In this document: piece after piece, positions 1 to 6,673 of the stretch | Numbering within the stretch: position 1 is the stretch's first letter | Layout: every line of letters begins with the position of its first letter | DNA from: Staphylococcus phage Machias | Sequence record: MW349128.1 | Strand: one strand, 5' to 3' | Length of the DNA stretch: 64,000 nt | Position numbers and translations under genes: made by a program | The notes under the pieces: generated by a model | Database searches by the model: none | Told to the model about the DNA's origin: nothing | Seen by the model: the letters and a program-made list of their open reading frames with translations, nothing else

Positions 1-367
1 TATAATATAACAAATTATTTGGAGTGGATTTAAATGTTTCATTGCATAGTGTATGTCTAAAATTTATTTTTATTTTACTCCCTTTATATCTTTCTAAAGG
101 TATAAACAAATCATAGATATTCTCATTTTTTAAACTATAAATAAAATCTTCATGATTTTTATTTATACCGCCTACACATTTGACACATTTATTTTTTCCT
201 TCAAACATTTGTTTAGGTTTTCGTTTAAATTTAAAACCACAATTATGTTTTAAATTTATTTCAGTATCATAGTCTACGTATTCTTCATAAAAAATTTCGT
301 ATTCTTTAAATTTCTCATAATTATCATTTACTTTCTTTTTAAAACTTTCTTTATCAATTTTTCTCAC
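1..367 (-). CDS. Partial CDS (3' end beyond window start) encoding a Zn-ribbon module protein. Probable GTG start at 367 with GGGGTGA RBS
   Basis: Minus-strand reading frame has no stop from 367 to window edge. Product contains an HNCGFKF...CVKCVGG module resembling the CEKHGEFK...CPKC repeats of ORF 6674-8878. Not in ORF track (non-ATG start). Confidence 0.4.
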   Translation of the reverse strand, partial: MRKIDKESFKKKVNDNYEKFKEYEIFYEEYVDYDTEINLKHNCGFKFKRKPKQMFEGKNKCVKCVGGINKNHEDFIYSLKNENIYDLFIPLERYKGSKIKINFRHTLCNETFKSTPNNLLYY

Positions 368-529
368 ATTATCACCCCAGATTATAATAAAATTATGTTA
401 AAGGGGAATGTGATAAAAATAATATTTTAAACAGCTGCTGATTGTCCAATCTTAATGATTTTTAAGCATATCACGCTTACTGTTGCCAGTTACGTTGTAG
501 CTCATTAAGCTCTAAGGATCTCCCAGCAA

Positions 530-3517
530 TTAAGAACTTTTCGACATTACATCACTGTAATGAAGGGCAGTATTATTTACCTTGTTTGAGTCAGGCGTGC
601 TTATTCCTAATACACCTTGCATACTTTCACTGTATGAACGAATATCAGGTTCATATGATTGTTCATTATTACGTCCAGCAGGACCTTTAAATGTAACAGA
701 AGTCATCTTATCAATCTCTAAAGATGGATTAAGATCAGATACTTCATCTACAGTAGGTTGTTCCATTATAGTTTTGATTAATTGGTCTTGCTTAACAGAA
801 ATATTCTTAGGATTCTTATTATTGTAAGAGTCTGAATATTCTTTATATGCGTTTGCAATCATTTTATATATTAAAGCATTAACTTGTTCTGGACCACGTA
901 CACGATATATTCCCATGTCATTGTGTTCTCTAGCAGTTACATCTTCTAGCATAGTATTAGCTAAGAGTAATAATTCCACCATAGTTTCCGGTAATTTTAA
1001 ATCTCTTAATACATCTTCTGTAATTGGATCCATTGCTAAATCTAATGCATTTTTAATTCCTTTACCAACATTACGACTATAGAATTTATCATTAAAGTAT
1101 TCTAAGTAAGGTGTCTCACTATTAAATTCTTCAAAGTCATATTGTGAAGTAGGAATAGTATTTAATCCTGATAATAATAAATCATATCTTAATTTATCTG
1201 TTGAATAAATAAGATAACCATCTTGGAATTTAATTTTATTCTTCTTATCTTTAATAGTTATTCTTTCATTTTCTTTAACAAACTTATAATCAACTTCATA
1301 GAGATCAAGAATACTAGTTAAACCTTTATAGAAACCTAATAACACTATTGTAGGGATTAATTTATTAGTAATTTTAACACGAGAGAATGCCATTGTTTTA
1401 CTAGCTTGAATATTTTTACTGAATTTTTTATCTATTAGACTAAAATCAATATTATCTTCAAGTTGTTCAATAATATAATCTGTGATATTAATATTCATAG
1501 ATTCTATATTACTTTTAGTAGCTTTAAAAATAATAGATTCTGTAGTATTTGATAATATTAATTTAGATTTGTTTGAATTATAACCGATAGGATAGTATTT
1601 ATCTTTATCGTAATCAATCTCACTTAAAGTTTTACTTTCTGAAATAACTTTTTTAAGATTTCTTTGATTAAAATCAATTATCAAATCATCTTTAGAGAAT
1701 CTTAATATATTTTTAGATAAATTATTATACAACACAGAAGTTAAATATTCTTTATTAATTAAAGATGAATTACCTTTTTGAATACTAATATCATTTTTAT
1801 CTTTAATGTATTCTAGTACTTGTTTATCTTCAATAACTTTTTTAAGCCATTCAGTTTCAGAATTTTCTTTGCTACCAAATTTTTCAATGATGAATTTATT
1901 ATAGTTAGTTGTAATCCAAACTGTATCCGGTCTATATTTAACAATAGGATACATCATTAATTGTTTAGTTAGTACCTTTTTACCACCATTTAATTTTAAA
2001 TATTTACCATCAATAATTTTAGGTACATCAAATTTTACATTATGATTAATCCCATCAGGACTCTTAAATTGAACTTTTACAGTATTCTTTAATGATTGAG
2101 AATCTGAATTATCTTCTACATTCATTTTGCTAATGAATACAGGTATTTCTTCATTATCATTAAAACTCTTCATAATATTTACAAAGTCTTTATTAAATGT
2201 CTTTTTCATATAAGATAAGTCAAAATCATTCGAAGATACATTGTTAATTGCTTCATCATTAATACTATTAACATTTTCATTAATTTCTCTATCAATAACA
2301 TTATCTTCAGAAAAACTAAAATCTTCTAATTTTTCAAGATATTCATCTTGATTTTTAGCTAATGATAATATCTTTTTAGAATTCTTTAATGCAGTGTCTC
2401 CAATATATGATTTATTTTTAATATCTCTTTTAATTGATTTAAATGAATCATTCTTATCAAGTACATCATTATATAATGTATCTTCATCAATATCAATAAG
2501 ATCATTATTATCATTTAATTCTTTTTCAATTATCATTGCAATATTGTATTCATCATTAATATCCATATCAATATTATCATTAGATTTAATATATCTTAAT
2601 GTATCATCTATTTTCTTAGATATTTTTTCCATCTTAGAATCTTCAATGTCTTGATTAATTTCATCTTTATCATTATCTTGTAATTCAACTGGATCAATAT
2701 CTTTAACATTATTAAATGATTTCTTTTTAATAGTTGAATCTATAGCTTCTGTATTATCATCATCTTCAACATTAGAAATTTCATCTGTATCCATTTGTTG
2801 AGTATTTAAATCAATAGCTCTTCTTAATCTTTGTCTTAATCTATTATTCAATTTATTATAATCTTTAAAATCAAATTTAAACATTATACCGTTCTCAATA
2901 GAAACAAATAAAGCTACTACATTTTGATTTTCTTTGTGAGGTAATTCTTCCTGATTCTTAATCATCATAAATAAACTTGACATAAAATCTTTTGTATTTG
3001 GTCTAATAGCTTCTTGAGAAGATTTATTGTATCCATCTACATTAATTACATATAATAAATTTTCATATTCTTCTGGATTATTTAAATTATTATAAGTATT
3101 TTTAATTGAATCTAATACAGTTTTAAAATTCTTAGTCATTAACGATTTATTTTCAAGATTGATAAATTTACTTGAATCAACTATATAATTTCTACCTTTA
3201 AATAATTTCTCATTTCTTTCTACTCTATAAGATTTAATTGATTTACTTTTAATTTCTTGTTGATAATCTGAAATATTAGTAATTAATCTTGATTTTCTAT
3301 TTGTTGTTCTATATATTCTAGGAGTATAAATATTCTTGAAATTTTGATAATATAATATACCACTATTTAAGAATTCTATAAATGAATTTTCTTTAAAACC
3401 TTTATAAATTATTAATTGGTTTTTCTTTTGATCCTTAATATTTTCATCTATAGCTTTAATCTTATATCCTGAAATTGAATAGAATTTTAAATTCTTTAAT
3501 CTATTAAGATACTTCAC
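530..3517 (-). CDS. Hypothetical large protein (995 aa), acidic and Asn/Lys-rich central region
   Basis: Long uninterrupted ORF. No motif I can assign. Confidence 0.5.
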   Translation of the reverse strand: MKYLNRLKNLKFYSISGYKIKAIDENIKDQKKNQLIIYKGFKENSFIEFLNSGILYYQNFKNIYTPRIYRTTNRKSRLITNISDYQQEIKSKSIKSYRVERNEKLFKGRNYIVDSSKFINLENKSLMTKNFKTVLDSIKNTYNNLNNPEEYENLLYVINVDGYNKSSQEAIRPNTKDFMSSLFMMIKNQEELPHKENQNVVALFVSIENGIMFKFDFKDYNKLNNRLRQRLRRAIDLNTQQMDTDEISNVEDDDNTEAIDSTIKKKSFNNVKDIDPVELQDNDKDEINQDIEDSKMEKISKKIDDTLRYIKSNDNIDMDINDEYNIAMIIEKELNDNNDLIDIDEDTLYNDVLDKNDSFKSIKRDIKNKSYIGDTALKNSKKILSLAKNQDEYLEKLEDFSFSEDNVIDREINENVNSINDEAINNVSSNDFDLSYMKKTFNKDFVNIMKSFNDNEEIPVFISKMNVEDNSDSQSLKNTVKVQFKSPDGINHNVKFDVPKIIDGKYLKLNGGKKVLTKQLMMYPIVKYRPDTVWITTNYNKFIIEKFGSKENSETEWLKKVIEDKQVLEYIKDKNDISIQKGNSSLINKEYLTSVLYNNLSKNILRFSKDDLIIDFNQRNLKKVISESKTLSEIDYDKDKYYPIGYNSNKSKLILSNTTESIIFKATKSNIESMNINITDYIIEQLEDNIDFSLIDKKFSKNIQASKTMAFSRVKITNKLIPTIVLLGFYKGLTSILDLYEVDYKFVKENERITIKDKKNKIKFQDGYLIYSTDKLRYDLLLSGLNTIPTSQYDFEEFNSETPYLEYFNDKFYSRNVGKGIKNALDLAMDPITEDVLRDLKLPETMVELLLLANTMLEDVTAREHNDMGIYRVRGPEQVNALIYKMIANAYKEYSDSYNNKNPKNISVKQDQLIKTIMEQPTVDEVSDLNPSLEIDKMTSVTFKGPAGRNNEQSYEPDIRSYSESMQGVLGISTPDSNKVNNTALHYSDVMSKSS

Positions 3518-3605
3518 TTATTATTCAATTCCTTTCATTTAATAAATTTTATATATGTACTTGTTTTCTTTATCTTTTTTATGTAATTTAAGGAGAAATA
3601 ATTTA

Positions 3606-3632
3606 TTAGATTTTGATATAATCAAAATCTAA
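3606..3632. promoter_or_regulatory. Perfect 12-bp inverted repeat TTAGATTTTGAT-ATA-ATCAAAATCTAA in a divergent intergenic region; candidate operator
   Basis: Read directly from the sequence. Lies between divergently oriented genes 530-3517(-) and 3834(+). Confidence 0.4.
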
Positions 3633-3680
3633 ATATACCCCCTCTAATATTATATTTTTTATATATTAAAATATTTTATA

Positions 3681-3701
3681 TTTTAATATATTATAATAAT
3701 T
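3681..3701 (+). promoter_or_regulatory. Phage promoter-like motif variant (TTTTAATATATTATAATAATT) upstream of RNAP fragment gene
   Basis: Matches the window-wide motif TTTTAAATATATATTATAAA containing TATATTAT. Confidence 0.35.
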
Positions 3702-3833
3702 ATATTATTATATAAATATAATATTCCGGAGGTTTTCAAATTTTTTACGAGATATTTTTATAAATTACAAAAATATAAAATTGATGATAACATTCAAATA
3801 TTACAAATAATATATGAAAGAAGTGAAACTAAA

Positions 3834-4631
3834 TTGGTTAATATGATTTATGATAAAAAAGATTTATCTGAGAAAGAAGTATCAACTTTATTAAGTATAA
3901 AAAAAGAAGATATTACTCTTGATAAACTTAAAGAATTATTTGCATTTAGACAAAATACACAACCAATGTTTAACCCTAGCGATAGATTTAAACTTAAAAA
4001 AGATTTAGTTTATAATAGTAAAGATGAGAGAACAACAGTTGGAAGATATATATTTAATAAATTTATATTAGACAATAAAATAGGACCTATTATAGGATAT
4101 ATGAATAAAGATATGGGAGGATCAGGTGTAGGAAATCTACAATCTGAACTATCTAGTTTATTACTTAATGATGTTATTACAACTAAAGATATGAATATGT
4201 ATATTGATAAACTTCAATGGCTCGGTTTCTCCATAGCAGGATTTATTAATTCTAGCTTAACAACTACAATGATGGTTGCTCCCGATAAAGTTAAACAAAA
4301 GAAAGAAGAATTACTAGAGAAATATGGTAAAGCATTAAATACTCCTGGTGAAGAATTGAATGCTATTAGTGCTATTGAAAAAGAATTAATTAAGTTAAGT
4401 AAGGAAGAATTAGAAGGTTTAGCAGATCTTGATATTTATGATAGTGGATCAAGAGGTAGTTTTGGAAATAACTTCAAGTTAACAGCTCTTATTCGTGGAG
4501 CAAATAAAAACTTTGCTGATCCTAGTAAAATACGTATTGCTAAGAGTTCTTTAGCTGATGGAATTGATCCAGAAGAATTATATATGTTTGGTGATATTAT
4601 GACAGCTGGTTCAGCTGGACGTGCTTTAGGT
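3834..4631 (+). CDS. RNA polymerase beta-prime-like subunit fragment, exon 1 (region around TTVGR through bridge helix). Unspliced ORF runs to TGA at 4637
   Basis: TTVGRYIF matches bacterial beta-prime TTVGRAI. The C-terminus IAKSSLADG...TAGSAGRALG aligns to bridge helix ARKGLADTALKTA-SGYLTRRL. TTG at 3834 or ATG at 3843 as start. The N-terminal catalytic part must be encoded elsewhere (split subunit). Confidence 0.6.
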
Positions 4632-4674
4632 ATATGAATGCCCTTTATTATAGTAATATAATAATAGAAAAATT

Positions 4675-4797
4675 ATTAATTGCTGAGAAGATATAAACTT
4701 AATCAGCATCAATCAGAATGATTGTTCAACGACTAAATATAATTAAACTCATAAAGAGTTTTTGATATAGTCTGATCTATATTAAATTAATATAGAT
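4675..4797 (+). ncRNA. Group I ribozyme core copy A (P3/P4-P5-P6-P7-P8-P9)
   Basis: P4 UGCUGA/UCAGCA, P6 CAAUC/GAUUG, P8 AACUC/GAGUU, P7 strands GACUA/UAGUC, P9 AUCUAUAU/AUAUAGAU. Confidence 0.55.
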
Positions 4798-4849
4798 TAA
4801 CATAAATGACTCAAGAAGGTGGGTAAATTAGATGCTCACAATAAATTCT

Positions 4850-4965
4850 ATTAATTGCTAGAATGTTAAAACTAACTAGCATCAACTTTATTAAGTTGTT
4901 CAACGACTAAATATAGAAATGATTAAATTCATAAGATATAGTCTAATCTATAATAAAATATAGAT
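4850..4965 (+). ncRNA. Group I ribozyme core copy B (tandem to copy A)
   Basis: Same element order with compensatory changes: P4 GCUAG/CUAGC, P6 CAACUU/AAGUUG, P9 AUCUAUA/UAUAGAU. R element identical to copy A. Confidence 0.55.
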
Positions 4966-4994
4966 AATAAAATGATCAAGCTAAAAAACTTATG

Positions 4995-5387
4995 TCCGCT
5001 TTCCAAACAACTGTATTAGATAAACAAGGTTCTGATTGTAGAACAAAACATACATTAAAATTAACATTAACTAAAGATAATGCGAGTCTTTTATTATATA
5101 GATATTTTGAAGATACTTCAGGAAGAAAAGGTCAATTAATACTATTAACGCCTGAAAATGTGGATGAACACATGGGTAAAGTATTGAACTTCAGAAGTCC
5201 TATGTATTGTGCAAGTGAAGATATTTGTAGTAAATGTGCAGGAGAACTCCCTTACAAACTAGGTATAGAAAATATTGGACTATTGGTTAACCAAGTGGCT
5301 CAAGCAATTGTAACAAGCTCCATGAAGTCTTTCCATGATATGACAATTAAACAAAATGAAATAGATATCGAAGATTATATTTATTAA
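4995..5387 (+). CDS. RNA polymerase beta-prime-like fragment, exon 2. ORF track gives 4992-5387, but ATG 4992-4994 is predicted to be the intron 3' end
   Basis: SAFQTTVLDKQGSDCRT aligns to VAQDLVVTEDDCGT. RSPMYCASEDICSKCAG...IGLLVNQVAQAI...SFH aligns to RSVVTCDTDFGVCAHCYG...[22 protein letters not shown]. Ends shortly after, so the rest of the subunit is encoded elsewhere. Confidence 0.6.
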   Translation, partial: SAFQTTVLDKQGSDCRTKHTLKLTLTKDNASLLLYRYFEDTSGRKGQLILLTPENVDEHMGKVLNFRSPMYCASEDICSKCAGELPYKLGIENIGLLVNQVAQAIVTSSMKSFHDMTIKQNEIDIEDYIY

Positions 5388-5407
5388 AAGCGTAATATAT
5401 TGAAATA

Positions 5408-5428
5408 TAAACATATATTATAATAATG
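5408..5428 (+). promoter_or_regulatory. Promoter-like motif (AAACATATATTATAATAATG) directly upstream of tRNA-like gene
   Basis: Contains ATATATTATAA core of the recurring motif, ~7 nt before the tRNA-like 5' end. Confidence 0.35.
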
Positions 5429-5434
5429 AAGAAA

Positions 5435-5504
5435 GTTTATCTAGCTCAGTTGGTAGAGCAATGATTTTCATCATGTGTCCGGGGTTCGATCCCTCGGATA
5501 AGCT
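5435..5504 (+). tRNA. tRNA-like gene with canonical acceptor, D and T arms but a non-canonical anticodon arm (possible pseudo-tRNA)
   Basis: Acceptor GUUUAUC/GAUAAGC, D arm GCUC-AGUUGGUA-GAGC, T arm CGGGG-UUCGAUC-CCUCG. Between D and T arms only 20 nt, forming AUGAU-UUUC-AUCAU (4-nt loop). Followed by T-run. Confidence 0.4.
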
Positions 5505-5810
5505 TTTTTTGGTCTAAAATTCTTATTTATTAAAAAATTTTATTTAAAAATATTAATTAACTATATAGTATAAATCTATAATGATCCTCGTCAAATTATT
5601 ATAGATTTTTTTTTTAGTTTTTGATTTAACTAAAAAATATAATAGATTAAATTCTATTATAACTTACTTTGTCGTTTGTTGTTGCTTTAAAAATGTTCCT
5701 TTGATTTCTTGTTTCTATTTTTAATATGTCATGGTTTTAAATAGAAATCCATACGCCTCCTTACGTATAATTAAAAATGAATAGATATTATTATATATTT
5801 ATTTACTTAA

Positions 5811-5851
5811 AAGAGTGCATAGATGATAAATGTACTCTTTTATTTTTTTTT
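5811..5851 (+). terminator. Rho-independent terminator
   Basis: 10-bp stem AAGAGUGCAU/AUGUACUCUU (one G-U), 9-nt loop, then T11. Confidence 0.5.
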
Positions 5852-5857
5852 TATTAA

Positions 5858-5929
5858 TGCTCTATAATTCAATGGTAGAATGCTTGACTGTTAATCAAGA
5901 GGTTGTTTGTTCGAATCAAACTAGAGCAG
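5858..5929 (+). tRNA. tRNA-Asn (anticodon GTT)
   Basis: Acceptor UGCUCUA/UAGAGCA, D arm AUUC-AAUGGUA-GAAU, anticodon arm CUUGA-CUGUUAA-UCAAG, variable AGGUU, T arm GUUUG-UUCGAAU-CAAAC. No encoded CCA. Confidence 0.75.
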
Positions 5930-5936
5930 TTTCTAT

Positions 5937-6039
5937 GTTCCTATAGCTCAATGGTCAGAGCGTACGGATTTCATGAATTATACCTGGATAGGATAATTTA
6001 TGGATCTGTAGGTTATGAGTTCGAATCTCATTAGGAACA
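5937..6039 (+). tRNA. tRNA-like gene with ~30-nt insertion in the anticodon/variable region (intron-containing, type-II-like or pseudo-tRNA)
   Basis: Acceptor GUUCCUA/UAGGAAC, D arm GCUC-AAUGGUCA-GAGC, T arm AUGAG-UUCGAAU-CUCAU are canonical. 52 nt lie between D and T arms instead of ~22. Confidence 0.4.
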
Positions 6040-6555
6040 ACCCTATAGGATTAATCATCCTTATAGCTTGGCTGCAGACTTGCTATAAATAAAATATAAA
6101 TTGAGTGATATGCCAAACTTAATTTATTAGATTCAACTAAAGTTAAGGCATATCTTTAGTTGTAAAAAAAATAGCACATATATTTAATCTGTCAAATTAA
6201 ATATATGTATCACAACAATCATTACAGTTTTAGGTCTAATTTACGTTTAGTTATTAGATCGGAGTATTAAAGAGGACTTATTTTACATTAATTTGTGATA
6301 AGTATCTGACTTTAATACATTTTAGGTTTTCTAGTTTCTTAGTCCCTAATATAAGAAAAACTAGACTATTAAATCGCTACAAGATTCCTAATATGTTCCA
6401 TGCATATATTGGTTTCTTTAATCCTTCTTATGCTTTATGGGATATAAAAAATTATTAAAGCAACTTTATACTTTTTTCGTAAAAGTAACTATAACCCTAA
6501 CCTACAGATTGATTCCAAATTAGTCGAAGAGGTTAGGGTTATTTTATACATATTT

Positions 6556-6590
6556 CCCAATATCTAATTTAATAGATATTGGGATTATTT
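6556..6590 (+). terminator. Terminator hairpin of the CCCAATA-CCT family (variant CCCAAUAUCU/AGAUAUUGGG), preceded by an 11-bp hairpin at 6493-6540
   Basis: Stem-loop with AAUUUAAU loop followed by T-rich run. Closes the tRNA island. Confidence 0.45.
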
Positions 6591-6600
6591 TTATTTTACG

Positions 6601-6620
6601 TTTTAAATATATATTATAAA
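6601..6620 (+). promoter_or_regulatory. Phage promoter motif TTTTAAATATATATTATAAA
   Basis: Exact consensus copy ~50 nt upstream of ORF 6674. Confidence 0.5.
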
Positions 6621-6673
6621 TTTGAGATTATTAAAATATAATCTTAATATTATAATATGGAGATGAATGCGAT

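Larger units (their letters stand above)
4632..4994 (+). mobile_element. Group I intron (363 nt, ORF-less) interrupting the beta-prime-like gene, built from two tandem minimal ribozyme cores
   Basis: Contains twice the group I conserved elements in order: P (AUUAAUUGCUGAGAAG), Q (AAUCAGCAUC), R (GUUCAACGACUAAAUAU) and S (GAUAUAGUCUG), the last two near-identical to Tetrahymena R/S. Predicted junction ...GGU|UCC obeys the U(-1)/terminal-G rules, keeps frame (363 = 3x121) and restores the TAxS(N18)DCxT spacing of bacterial beta-prime. Confidence 0.65.

Noticed and set aside
386-529. GC-richer stretch between two minus-strand genes as a possible tRNA/ncRNA
   Set aside because: No T-loop or D-loop signatures and no convincing hairpin set. 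Part of it is the 3' coding end of ORF 530-3517, and the rest is more simply a promoter/RBS region for the gene starting at 367.
582-827. Short ORFs antisense to or nested in long genes (e.g. 582-827, 2394-2654, 9447-9731, 11048-11257, 11291-11608, 12657-12884, 14601-14795, 15742-15954, 17543-17746, 21583-22088, 23043-23228, 24506-24721, 27770-27958, 33842-34081, 36294-36551, 38717-38917, 48081-48272, 49284-49481, 51981-52208, 56051-56251, 57718-57900, 63246-63494)
   Set aside because: Low-complexity translations typical of AT-rich antisense frames, no RBS, and fully overlapped by longer, better-supported genes.
4638-4991. Simple intergenic spacer between two independently translated split-RNAP genes (as in phiKZ-type phages)
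   Set aside because: The split falls within a contiguous conserved segment with only ~0-1 residue missing, and both pieces are in the same frame. The spacer carries canonical group I P/Q/R/S elements with a splice junction that obeys U/G rules and restores the expected spacing.
4632-4994. IS200/IS605-type insertion (left-end hairpins) disrupting the rpoC-like gene
   Set aside because: The variable hairpins I first read as transposon subterminal hairpins sit between the invariant Q and R elements (P6) and after S (P9), i.e. in a group I core. An essential polymerase gene disrupted by a plain IS would be non-functional.
5435-5504. Functional opal-suppressor tRNA (anticodon UCA)
   Set aside because: Reading a 7-nt loop UUUCAUC leaves no complementary 3' stem strand (AUGUG vs AUGAU). 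Only a 4-nt-loop hairpin forms, so I cannot support a functional anticodon arm.
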